From contig CAILTR010000101.1 in assembly GCA_903837175.1 (NCBI GenBank), positions 1 through 57,358 of the forward strand: 57,358 nucleotides of DNA, in the 5' to 3' direction. How positions within the stretch are numbered: the first letter of the stretch is position 1; every line of letters begins with the position of its first letter. The DNA is from an uncultured bacterium. GTDB taxonomy: Bacteria > Patescibacteriota > Minisyncoccia > Moranbacterales > GWC2-37-73. A model generated the notes under the pieces. It was not told where the DNA came from, ran no database searches, and saw only the letters and a program-made list of their open reading frames with translations. Of the stretch, positions 27,987 through 40,637 are shown one piece after another. The position numbers were made by a program, and so were the translations under genes.

Positions 27987-30149
27987 ATGGGAAAAAAGCT
28001 CCAAAAATCAAGCAAGCACTATTGCTGGCAGGCTGTATTGGGATTTTCAGATGCTGTTTTATTCTTGGCTTTTGTGGGGGTTGGTTTTCTCGCTTGGCTT
28101 TATTATTCCGCTACTCCAGCTGCAAATCAGTTAGTTTTGCGCAAGATTCAGCAAACCTCAGTAATTTACGATAGAAGTGGGGAGCACGTTTTATATCGAC
28201 TTTATGGTGAACAAAATCGCAAAATAATTTTACACGATGAAATTCCGGATATTGTTCGCAAGGCCACTATTGCTACGGAAGATAGTAATTTTTATCATCA
28301 TTTTGGAATCGATCCATTTGCGATTCTACGTGCGCTAAAGGTTAATATTGCAAATAATTCTTTTCGGCAAGGCGCTTCAACAATTACCCAGCAATTAGCT
28401 AGAAGTGCCTTTTTAACCAGGGAGCAAACAATTCGGCGTAAAATTTTAGAAGTCGTTTTTGCTTTGAAGATAGAACGCAATTATACAAAGGAGCAAATTC
28501 TAGATCAATATTTAAACGAAGTTCCTTATGGCGCAAATGCTTATGGGATTGAGGTGGCTAGTCAAATATATTTCGGAAAAGAAGCTAAAGAATTAACTTT
28601 GGACGAAGCTGCACTTTTAGCAGCGTTGCCAAAGGCACCCTCTTTTTATTCGCCTTATGGAGAGCATCACAGCGAACTTGTGCTTAGACAAAAGGACATT
28701 TTGCTTAAAATGAGCCAGCTTAAACTTATTACGCAAGCTGAAATGGAGGAAGCTTTAAGGGTTGATACTTTTGCAAAAATAAAACCCTTTGTTCAGCCGA
28801 TTGAGGCGCCACATTTCGTTTTTTATGTTTTAGGCCAGTTAGAGGAAAAATATGGCCGGGATTTTTTGCGCAGTGGCGGACTGGCTATTTATACTTCCCT
28901 GAATTGGGAAATGCAACAAACTGCCCAGGAAGTCGTGAGCAGTGGGGCTCAGCGTAATTTGGTTCGCGGTGCAACTAACGCAGCGCTAGTGGCGCTTGAT
29001 CCCAAGGATGGTAATATTTTAGCAATGGTGGGCAGTAAGAATTATTTTGATCCAACAATTGATGGTCAAGTTAACGTGGCGCTTAGTCTTCGTCAGCCAG
29101 GTTCTTCTTTTAAGCCTTTTGCGTATGCACATGCTTTTGAGCTTGGCTATCAGCCAGAAACAAAAATTTTAGATGCTCAAACTAATTTTGGACCAGATGG
29201 TAGCGGGAAGGATTATGTACCGCGAAATTACGATGGAAAATTTCATGGCCTACTGACGATGCGCGAAACGCTTTCTCAGTCGCTCAATATTCCCGCAGTC
29301 AAGACGCTGTATCTAGCTAGTATTGATGGCACTCTCGAGCTGGCGCATCGGATGGGAATTACGACGCTCAATGATCGCAAGCGTTATGGACTTTCCTTGG
29401 TGCTGGGTGGCGGAGAAGTTAAGTTACTAGATATGACGAGCGCCTTTTCAGTTTTTGCTACCGAGGGTATCAGAAATCCAGCGCAAAGCGTCCTGAAAAT
29501 TACTGATTATTCAGGTAACATAATTGAGCAGGCCCAGCTTAATCCTGAGCAAGTTTTAGATGTCCAAGTGGCTCGAAAAATAAACTCCATTCTGTCGGAC
29601 AATAAAGCGAGAACTCCAATTTTTGGACCGAGAAGTTCACTTATTCTTGATGACGGTCGCTTGGTAGCTGCTAAAACTGGCACAACTCAGGAATTTCGCG
29701 ATGCTTGGACAATTGGGTATACGCCTTCACTAGTCGTTGGCGTTTGGGCAGGCAATAATGATAATCATCCAATGAAAGCTGGGGCAGATGGGGTTTTTGT
29801 CGCTGCGCCAATTTGGAAGGATTATATGCAAAAAGTTTTAGTGGGCTTACCGAAAGAAACGTTTATTGCTTACGATGTTCAAAATAATTCAAAGGTTGAT
29901 CAGGTAGCGGGAATGTTGGCAAAAGTTACTTATTATAATGAGAAAACTGGTAAGAAAATTTCAGCGAAAAAAGCCAGTCAAATAGATCAAGCAAAAGTTA
30001 GACAAAAAATTGAATATATTCCACTTGATAAATCTATTGAAAAGTCTGTAAAAAATACTTTCAGTATCGCGATGCCTGCGCCAACGGATCCAATGTATTT
30101 ACGGTGGAATAATGCTTCGTTTCCAATTTTGAAAAAAGAAGTGAAATAG
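27987..30149 (+). CDS. Class A penicillin-binding protein (PBP1A family)
   Basis: TED..FY.H.G, GASTITQQL transglycosylase; SSFK, SLN, KTGT transpeptidase motifs. Confidence 0.96.
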   Translation: MGKKLQKSSKHYCWQAVLGFSDAVLFLAFVGVGFLAWLYYSATPAANQLVLRKIQQTSVIYDRSGEHVLYRLYGEQNRKIILHDEIPDIVRKATIATEDSNFYHHFGIDPFAILRALKVNIANNSFRQGASTITQQLARSAFLTREQTIRRKILEVVFALKIERNYTKEQILDQYLNEVPYGANAYGIEVASQIYFGKEAKELTLDEAALLAALPKAPSFYSPYGEHHSELVLRQKDILLKMSQLKLITQAEMEEALRVDTFAKIKPFVQPIEAPHFVFYVLGQLEEKYGRDFLRSGGLAIYTSLNWEMQQTAQEVVSSGAQRNLVRGATNAALVALDPKDGNILAMVGSKNYFDPTIDGQVNVALSLRQPGSSFKPFAYAHAFELGYQPETKILDAQTNFGPDGSGKDYVPRNYDGKFHGLLTMRETLSQSLNIPAVKTLYLASIDGTLELAHRMGITTLNDRKRYGLSLVLGGGEVKLLDMTSAFSVFATEGIRNPAQSVLKITDYSGNIIEQAQLNPEQVLDVQVARKINSILSDNKARTPIFGPRSSLILDDGRLVAAKTGTTQEFRDAWTIGYTPSLVVGVWAGNNDNHPMKAGADGVFVAAPIWKDYMQKVLVGLPKETFIAYDVQNNSKVDQVAGMLAKVTYYNEKTGKKISAKKASQIDQAKVRQKIEYIPLDKSIEKSVKNTFSIAMPAPTDPMYLRWNNASFPILKKEVK

Positions 30150-30204
30150 TTTTTACGGAGTATATGTAATACGAAATAAACTTAGTTGGTGGTAGATAAG
30201 CATT

Positions 30205-30239
30205 GGAGGTCGAGCCTCCATTAGGGAGGCTCGACCTCC
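30205..30239. repeat. REP-like inverted doublet
   Basis: GGAGGTCGAGCCTCC-ATTAG-GGAGGCTCGACCTCC; each arm is itself a hairpin. Confidence 0.85.
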
Positions 30240-30272
30240 TTGCAACCACCAGTAATTTAATTGATTCAGTAT

Positions 30273-30457
30273 AAGTTATGTTTTCAGAAACTAAGTCAGA
30301 AATTTTTACTTTGCTTGTTTACTTTTTAGAGACCGCGTTTGACCAAAAGACAATGGTCAAAAGCTTAGCACTCTGTTACTTATATGGCCTAAAAAGCAAA
30401 AAAGCTCGTAAAAATTCAGAGGTAACCTTTAGCTAGAACTAGGAATTGCGTATGGCT
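30273..30457. mobile_element. MITE-like structured repeat, copy 4
   Basis: GAAACTAAGTCAGAAATTTTTAC core, right end ATTGCGTATGGC; left end approximate. Confidence 0.72.
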
Positions 30458-30503
30458 TGTTTTTTGTTTGTCGAGTTGAGTATTTTTATGGTAGGGTTAA
30501 AAG

Positions 30504-31289
30504 ATGAAAAAGAGAAATATTATTATTTTCATTGTTCTTGCTATCGTTGCCGTTGGGGTTTATTTCGGTTTGCAAAAAAAACGGCAAGTAATAATCAGTA
30601 ACCAAGAGGCAATAGGCAATGAGCAAGAGACAGAAAGCAATAGCCAAAAGACAATAGAGAATATTCAGGAGACAGTAAACAGCGAACAAAAAGCAGACGG
30701 CAACAATCAAGCTGCAGTAGCTGATAGACAAAAGACAAGAGATAGTAAGGGGGAGGTAGAGATAAAGTCATCAGTCATCAACGATCAGCCATCAAGCCTG
30801 GATGCGGAGAAAAAAAGTTCCAGTGCTGGGAAAATTGTGCAGAGCTTGGTTAGTTGGGGATTTCAAAAAGCAACTGGGCGCAAGATCGATACGCTCATTG
30901 TGCATACTTCCTATAACGCTTTGGGCGGAGATGAATTTGATAAGGATCAGGTAATGCAAGAATGGAAAGACGCGGGCGTGGCGCCTCATTATATGATTGC
31001 GCGCGATGGCACGATTTATCAACTCGTGGCTGATCAAAATATTGCTTGGCACGCCGGAGTGGCCAAAATGCCGGACGGGCGCACGGACGTCAATTCTTTT
31101 TCAATCGGTATTGAAGTCATTAATACTAAGGAGGAAAAATTTTCTAGCGCTCAATATGATGCATTAAATCGCCTCATTGGCGATCTCAAGCAAAAATATT
31201 CCATCAAATATATTCTCGGTCATGGTGAAATCGCCCCCGGACGCAAGACAGATCCCTGGGGAATAGCTTGGAGCAAAATTAGTCGTTAG
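30504..31289 (+). CDS. N-acetylmuramoyl-L-alanine amidase (Amidase_2/AmpD-like), membrane anchored
   Basis: IVHTS, HYMIARDG, AWHAG, N.FSIGIE, GHGEIAPGRKTDP. Confidence 0.92.
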   Translation: MKKRNIIIFIVLAIVAVGVYFGLQKKRQVIISNQEAIGNEQETESNSQKTIENIQETVNSEQKADGNNQAAVADRQKTRDSKGEVEIKSSVINDQPSSLDAEKKSSSAGKIVQSLVSWGFQKATGRKIDTLIVHTSYNALGGDEFDKDQVMQEWKDAGVAPHYMIARDGTIYQLVADQNIAWHAGVAKMPDGRTDVNSFSIGIEVINTKEEKFSSAQYDALNRLIGDLKQKYSIKYILGHGEIAPGRKTDPWGIAWSKISR

Positions 31290-31476
31290 CTTTAAATCAA
31301 TTGTGTATTTGATTATGGCGCTATGATTTTAGTAAACACCCAAATTTTTAATTTTGAAGTTTGAATTTTTAATTAAATTTTTAATGTTAAAATGTTTTAA
31401 AAATTAAGTTATTTATTAATTTGATATTGATTTCAAATTTCAAATTTCAAATTTTAAATTAAAAATTGCAACGATT

Positions 31477-31743
31477 ATGTTGTTAGAAATTTCTCTCGAT
31501 GGCAACGATATTAAGCTAACTTTAAAAAACGGTCGTAAGACGGTTGATGTTTTTGCATGGAACGACGAGTACACCTTAAGTGAAAAACTGTTGCCTAACA
31601 TCGATGGCTTGCTTAAGAAAAACAAAGTCTCAAAAAAACAAATCGAAAAAGTGACAACCAAAATTACCAAGACTTCGGGCGTGACTAGCATCCGGATTGT
31701 TCAGACAGTCGCTAAGGCTTGGAATGTCGCAAGCAGATTTTAG
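31477..31743 (+). CDS. Miniature TsaB-like protein (N-terminal lobe only)
   Basis: SEKLLPNIDGLL...SGVTSIRIVQTVAKA aligns by eye with TsaB SE.LLP.I..LL...GSFTGLRIG...AK. Confidence 0.6.
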   Translation: MLLEISLDGNDIKLTLKNGRKTVDVFAWNDEYTLSEKLLPNIDGLLKKNKVSKKQIEKVTTKITKTSGVTSIRIVQTVAKAWNVASRF

Positions 31744-31888
31744 ATTTTAGATTCTAGATTTTAAAAAAAAGGCTGAAAAGCTGGACCTGGGAATATAGAA
31801 GCTTTTAAATCAGAGCTAGGTATATCCTAAGAATAATGGTATAATTTTTATAGTTGAAACTTCTTCATAATTTTTTAAAATAAAAAAC

Positions 31889-32254
31889 ATGCCAGTAAAA
31901 ACTAAGACCAAAACTAAAGTTAGTGTGAAAGCAAAACCTAAAAAAGTAGTAAGATCAATTGCTAGTCTCAAAACAAATCATGGTGATTGGAAAAATTTAG
32001 TGCAGGGTTTTGTGGAAAATGTTTTCGAACGCCTTAGCGAAAATGTTTCCCAAAAAGTTCACGCTTGGGTAAAGGTCTTAAAACTCCGAACGGCCGGTTT
32101 TATTTTAGTTGTATTGGGAGCGTTTTATTTATTGATTGGAGTTTCGGTTTATTTAAATTCAGTGCTGGGTCTTATTCTGCCAGGACTTGGCTATGTGACA
32201 GTTGGAGTTTTAGCAATTTTAGTTGGTTCTCTTTTAGGAAAAAGTAAAGTTTAA
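31889..32254 (+). CDS. Two-TM membrane protein (YqjE/holin-like)
   Basis: Basic N-terminus plus two TM helices, next to a YqjD-like gene. Confidence 0.6.
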   Translation: MPVKTKTKTKVSVKAKPKKVVRSIASLKTNHGDWKNLVQGFVENVFERLSENVSQKVHAWVKVLKLRTAGFILVVLGAFYLLIGVSVYLNSVLGLILPGLGYVTVGVLAILVGSLLGKSKV

Positions 32255-32264
32255 TTAGATAAAT

Positions 32265-32390
32265 CACTAATCAGCCGCGAATTGATTCGCGAATATTCAC
32301 TAATAATATGGGAATTAATTCACCAACAAGCGTGAATTATAAATTCAAAGTATTAGGGAATATTCGAGAAAAATTAGGGTTTGATTCGGG
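32265..32390. repeat. 4+4 phased inverted array, copy 1
   Basis: CNC(G/T)AAT at 32265/32276/32288/32298; ATT(A/C)GNG at 32352/32362/32373/32384. Confidence 0.8.
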
Positions 32391-32401
32391 ATAAAAACAC
32401 T

Positions 32402-32647
32402 ATGAACAAAAAACAAGTTAAAAGAGCAGCCGTAAGGACAGTTAATAAAGCAAAGGAAACAGGCGCCGAGCTTGAAAAGATCGCAAGAAGAGAATATGCG
32501 AAAATTAAAAAGCAAATGGACGCGACTGCTAAAAAAGTAGAAGGGTTCGTGAAAAAAAATCCTGAGAAAGCCGCGGCTATTTCCGCTGGGATTGGTCTAG
32601 CCCTCGGGACGATTGCAGGAATTTTGGCTTCAAAGAAAAAGAAATAA
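32402..32647 (+). CDS. DUF883/YqjD/ElaB-like protein
   Basis: Helical body plus FVKKNP.KA.AISAGIGLALG tail anchor; ATG 32402. Confidence 0.8.
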   Translation: MNKKQVKRAAVRTVNKAKETGAELEKIARREYAKIKKQMDATAKKVEGFVKKNPEKAAAISAGIGLALGTIAGILASKKKK

Positions 32648-32821
32648 GTCAGTTAGTAACTAGTAATCAGTAACTAGTAACCAGCAAATAGAGAAAGGCA
32701 GGGAGAAATCCTTGCTTTTTTTGTATCCCAAATTTTTGTTTCTTCTCTTAATTTATCTTGTCGCTACTTTGGAGGGATTTTTAATTATAACTTGAAAATT
32801 ATTTTTGACTGGTTGGGCTCA

Positions 32822-32878
32822 GATTCTTCGACTGCGTTGTTTTTTCTTTGGCGACAAAACAACTTCGCTCAGAATGAC
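32822..32878. repeat. REP/RPE-like palindromic element
   Basis: GATTCTTCGACTGC-hairpin-CTTCGCTCAGAATGAC. Confidence 0.65.
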
Positions 32879-32949
32879 ACATAGTGGGGGGATTTCAAAC
32901 AATACAGTAATCTAACAATATAACAATCTGAGCCAAATTCTGGCTTCTG

Positions 32950-32978
32950 TTGACACTTTTTTAGCCTTGTGTTAAGCT
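32950..32978 (+). promoter_or_regulatory. Promoter for rpoBC
   Basis: TTGACA-17-TAAGCT with extended TG. Confidence 0.65.
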
Positions 32979-33211
32979 GGAAACATATTCAAGAACTAGG
33001 ACTGAAATTCCTTTCTTTTTTGCATTTTTTGGGGGTGGAAAAAGTGCATAATCTTCGTCTGTTCTAGAGCTATAAAAGGCTTTAGAAAAGGCATAATTCT
33101 CAAAGGAGAATGAAAGTGAAAAAATACAAGCGAGCGAATTAAATAGCCTTAATTTAAAACTCATTTCGGCTCTTTGTTTTTGGTTACAATTCCAAAAAAT
33201 AAGGAGAACTG

Positions 33212-36200
33212 ATGAGCGTTGTTTTTATGGTCAATGAAAAGAAAGCCCTCAAAGTGAAGGACTCTTATGGAGCGTCTTCATCGTTGAGTCGAAGAAAGTT
33301 TTTCAGAAAGCAGACAGTAGTTTCACTCCCAAACCTGATCGAGGGTCAAATTGACGCTTATCAATGGTTTTTGAAAAAAGGTCTGCGAGAACTGTTTGAT
33401 GAAATCAATCCGATTAATGATTTTACGGGTAAGGATTTAGAGCTTTCACTCACTGACTATTATTTAGACGAACCAAAGACTTCAGAGCTTACAGCTAAAA
33501 GCAAAAATATTTCCTTTGAAGCGCCACTGCGAGCTAAGGCGCGCTTAGTGATTAAGAAAACTGGTGAAATTAAAGAGCAAGAAATTTATTTGGGAGACTT
33601 CCCAGTAATGACTGAGCGAGGAACTTTTGTGATTAACGGGGTGGAACGCGTGGTCGTTTCTCAGCTGATTCGTTCTTCAGGAGTATTCTTTACGATGGAA
33701 TATCAAAAAGGCAAGAAGCTCTTTGGCGCTAAACTGATTCCTAATCGCGGAGCTTGGATTGAAATTGATACTGATTTGACTGGCGTACTGAACGTTCGCA
33801 TTGACCGCAAACGAAAAATCCCCGTAACTTCCTTGTTGCGTGCTTTTGGCATGCAGAAAGATGAAGAAATCTTAGCGGCTTTCGATGGCGCTGATAATGG
33901 CGAAGTTCATTTTATTAATGAAACCTTAGTTAAAGATATTACGAAAAATCAAGGTGAAGGTTATAAGGAAATTTATAAAAGAATTCGTCCCGGCGATTTA
34001 GCTACCGAAGAAAATGCTAAACAATTAGTTAATGGCATGTTTTTCAATTTTGAAAAATATGATTTTGGAAGCGTGGGACGTTATCGCTTAAATCAACGTT
34101 TGATGGTTGAACGTGAGGATAATGAGGAAAATAGGGTTCTTCGGATGGACGACCTGCTGCTGATTATTAAGGAAATTATCCGGCTTAATAATACGCCAAA
34201 CGCCATGGCTGATGATATTGATCATCTCGGAAATCGTCGCGTGAGAGGCGTGGGCGAATTAGTTCAAAATAAATTACGCATCGGAATGTCACGCATGGCT
34301 CGCAATATCAAAGATCGCATGAGTACTTGCGATGTTGAAACGGTAGTGCCAGGACAATTGATTAACTCTCGACCGGTGGCAGCTGCGATTAAGGAATTTT
34401 TCTCAAGTTCGCAACTTTCTCAGTTTATGGATCAAGTTAATCCCTTGGCTGAGTTGGAACATAAACGTCGTCTTTCAGCGATGGGACCAGGAGGTCTAAC
34501 TAGGGAACGCGCTGGGTTTGAAGTTCGCGATGTGCATCATTCGCATTATGGCCGAATTTGTCCGATTGAGACTCCAGAAGGTCCAAACATTGGGTTGGTA
34601 GGTCACATGGCTTCTTACGCTCGAATTAATGATTTCGGCTTTTTAGAGACGCCTTATATTCGGATCGAAAAAGAAGTTCCAGCCACGCCAGAGGCGCTGG
34701 TAAATAGAATTTTAAATGAAGATATTGCTGGGGTTGGAAAAATCTGGGATAAAATTGACGAAGAGCTAGCTAAAAAAATTATTAAAGCGGGTAAAAAAAC
34801 CGTTCAGATCAAACCGCATATCTCCAATGAAATTGCGTATGTTAACGCAACTGTCGAAGATCGCCAGATTATTACCCATGCTCGCGTAGCAACCGATGAA
34901 AATCGTAACATTGTAGATAAGATGGTTGAAGCTCGCGTAAAAGGACATCCAGAAATGATTGAAGCGGAAAGAGTTGATTTAATCGATGTTTCAGCTAAAC
35001 AATGTATTTCGATTGCAACTTCGCTGATTCCATTTTTGGAACACGATGATGCTAATCGAGCGCTCATGGGTTCAAACATGCAACGTCAAGCTGTGCCTTG
35101 TATCGTGCCGCAAGCACCGTTTGTGGGAACTGGAATCGAAGATAAAGCCGCGGCTGATTCAGGTCAGGTTGTTTTGGCTGCTAATGATGGCGAAATAATT
35201 GAAGTTGACGCTAGTCACATTGTCGTGAAGGAAAGCGCTCCGGTTGGAACGAAAAAAGATAGCTTTAAACGAGAATATCGTTTGCAAAGTTTCGTTAAAT
35301 CAAATGCTTTTACAAGCATGAGTCAAATTCCGCGCGTGGTAAAAGGCGAGCTGGTTAAAAAAGGACAATTGCTAGCTGATGGGGCTGCAACTGAATATGG
35401 CGAATTAGCCTTAGGTCAAAATCCACTAGTAGCCTTTATTCCCTGGGATGGTTATAACTTTGAAGATGCGATTATTTTATCTGAAAGACTGCTGCGAGAA
35501 GATTGGTACAGTTCAATTCACATCGAAGATTTCTCAATTGATATTCGCGATACGAAGCTTGGGCCGGAAGTGGTCACGCGGGATATTCCAAATATTGGTG
35601 AGGAACGTTTGAAAAATTTGGATGAAACGGGAATTATTCGCATTGGCGCTGAAATTTCTTCCGGGGATATTTTGATTGGAAAAATTACGCCAAAAGGTGA
35701 AGGCGATTTAACGCCAGAAGAAAGACTGCTCCGCGCAATCTTTGGTGAAAAATCCAAAGATGTGAAAGACTCTTCTCTTTATTTGCCACATGGTGAACAT
35801 GGAAAAGTGGTGGACATCAAAATCCTTTCCCGCGAACAGGGTGATAAGCTTTCAACTGGGGTGATTAAACAAATTCAAGTTTCAATTGCGCAGCTTCGAA
35901 AAGTTTCTGTAGGAGATAAATTAGCCGGACGCCATGGAAACAAGGGGGTAATTTCCCGCATTGCGCCAGTGGAAGATATGCCATATTTACCAGATGGTAC
36001 GCCAGTGGATGTCATTTTAAATCCTTTGGGGGTGGCATCTCGTATGAATATTGGTCAAATTTTGGAAACTCATCTTGGTTGGGCTGCTTTGAAGTTAGGT
36101 TATAAAGCCGCAACCCCAGCTTTGGATGGAATGACTGAAGAAGACATTAAAATCGAACTTAGAAAAGCCGGCTTGCCAGAGAGCGGAAAAATTCGTTTGA

Positions 36201-36667
36201 TTGATGGAAAGACGGGAGAAGCTTTCGATAATGAAACGACGGTGGGTGTAATGTATGTTATGAAGCTAAACCATTTAGTGGAAGACAAGTTGCACATGCG
36301 TTCAATCGGACCATACTCCTTGATTACTCAGCAACCTTTGGGAGGAAAAGCGCAGTTCGGTGGTCAGCGTTTTGGAGAAATGGAAGTGTGGGCCTTGGAA
36401 GGATATGGGGCAGCTTATACTTTGCAAGAAATGCTTACCATTAAATCAGATGATGTGCTCGGACGCTCAAAAGCTTACGAATCTATTATTAAAGGCGAAA
36501 AAATCAAGAGTCCAAATATTCCTGCTTCATTCCACGTCCTCGTGAATGAACTTAAGGGACTATGTTTGGATGTCGAACTCGTTGATTCAAAGATGAAAGA
36601 AGATGATGGTTTAGATGATGAACTCGGGGGTTACGATAAACCTGAGGAAGATATTGATCAAATCTAA
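33212..36667 (+). CDS. rpoB: RNA polymerase beta subunit
   Basis: SQLSQFMDQ, ETPEGPNIG, GDKLAGRHGNKG, GGQRFGEME. Confidence 0.99.
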   Translation: MSVVFMVNEKKALKVKDSYGASSSLSRRKFFRKQTVVSLPNLIEGQIDAYQWFLKKGLRELFDEINPINDFTGKDLELSLTDYYLDEPKTSELTAKSKNISFEAPLRAKARLVIKKTGEIKEQEIYLGDFPVMTERGTFVINGVERVVVSQLIRSSGVFFTMEYQKGKKLFGAKLIPNRGAWIEIDTDLTGVLNVRIDRKRKIPVTSLLRAFGMQKDEEILAAFDGADNGEVHFINETLVKDITKNQGEGYKEIYKRIRPGDLATEENAKQLVNGMFFNFEKYDFGSVGRYRLNQRLMVEREDNEENRVLRMDDLLLIIKEIIRLNNTPNAMADDIDHLGNRRVRGVGELVQNKLRIGMSRMARNIKDRMSTCDVETVVPGQLINSRPVAAAIKEFFSSSQLSQFMDQVNPLAELEHKRRLSAMGPGGLTRERAGFEVRDVHHSHYGRICPIETPEGPNIGLVGHMASYARINDFGFLETPYIRIEKEVPATPEALVNRILNEDIAGVGKIWDKIDEELAKKIIKAGKKTVQIKPHISNEIAYVNATVEDRQIITHARVATDENRNIVDKMVEARVKGHPEMIEAERVDLIDVSAKQCISIATSLIPFLEHDDANRALMGSNMQRQAVPCIVPQAPFVGTGIEDKAAADSGQVVLAANDGEIIEVDASHIVVKESAPVGTKKDSFKREYRLQSFVKSNAFTSMSQIPRVVKGELVKKGQLLADGAATEYGELALGQNPLVAFIPWDGYNFEDAIILSERLLREDWYSSIHIEDFSIDIRDTKLGPEVVTRDIPNIGEERLKNLDETGIIRIGAEISSGDILIGKITPKGEGDLTPEERLLRAIFGEKSKDVKDSSLYLPHGEHGKVVDIKILSREQGDKLSTGVIKQIQVSIAQLRKVSVGDKLAGRHGNKGVISRIAPVEDMPYLPDGTPVDVILNPLGVASRMNIGQILETHLGWAALKLGYKAATPALDGMTEEDIKIELRKAGLPESGKIRLIDGKTGEAFDNETTVGVMYVMKLNHLVEDKLHMRSIGPYSLITQQPLGGKAQFGGQRFGEMEVWALEGYGAAYTLQEMLTIKSDDVLGRSKAYESIIKGEKIKSPNIPASFHVLVNELKGLCLDVELVDSKMKEDDGLDDELGGYDKPEEDIDQI

Positions 36668-36684
36668 TCATTAAACTTTTGTAA

Positions 36685-36724
36685 CCTACCTGCCGGCAGG
36701 CAGGCCTGTCTGCCGGCAGGTAGG
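36685..36724. repeat. Tandem pair of 20-bp CCTGCCTGCCGGCAGGCAGG-type palindromes
   Basis: CCTACCTGCCGGCAGGCAGG + CCTGTCTGCCGGCAGGTAGG in the rpoB-rpoC spacer. Confidence 0.9.
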
Positions 36725-36747
36725 TAAACTTCTTATAAAAAAATATT

Positions 36748-40320
<3,573 letters not shown>

Positions 40321-40390
40321 CTAGCTAACTAGCTTTTAGCTTCGCTAGCTTCGTTAGCTTTTAGGGAAATGCAAAAAGCTAATAGGTTTA

Positions 40391-40447
40391 TCCCGTGAAA
40401 TTGTTTTGCCAGCGCAAAACACCTGCCCCGGCAGGATTTCACTGGGA
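40391..40447. repeat. Y-shaped (three-way junction) palindromic element
   Basis: TCCCGTGAAAT [TGTTTTGC/GCAAAACA][CCTGC/GCAGG] ATTTCACTGGGA. Confidence 0.8.
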
Positions 40448-40459
40448 GTATGGAACAAG

Positions 40460-40488
40460 AAACGTCTCACTTTGGTGGGGCGTTTTTT
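40460..40488 (+). terminator. rpoBC terminator
   Basis: AAACGTCTCAC / GTGGGGCGTTT plus T tract. Confidence 0.8.
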
Positions 40489-40523
40489 GTAGTTTTTTGC
40501 TTTTCAGGAGCCATAAAAACAGC

Positions 40524-40569
40524 TTATCCACAGCCTCCCCTTGCAGTGATAATAAAGGAGTGATAGAAT
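40524..40569 (+). promoter_or_regulatory. DnaA box followed by a promoter
   Basis: TTATCCACA (40524-40532), then TTGCAG-17-TAGAAT. Confidence 0.55.
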
Positions 40570-40637
40570 AGGAGTAAGAAAGTCATAAGGTTGAAAATTG
40601 TAAGGTTTTAAAGTGGATTTTTTAATTTTTTAAAAAG

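Noticed and set aside
30486..30731. Cys/Leu-rich minus-strand ORF
   Set aside because: Antisense read-out of the heptamer array inside the amidase gene.
32961..33164. 67-aa minus-strand ORF upstream of rpoB
   Set aside because: Lies antisense in the rpoB leader and overlaps its promoter; low-complexity translation.
40524..40532. Replication origin
   Set aside because: Only one DnaA box noticed; no cluster and no dnaA/dnaN.
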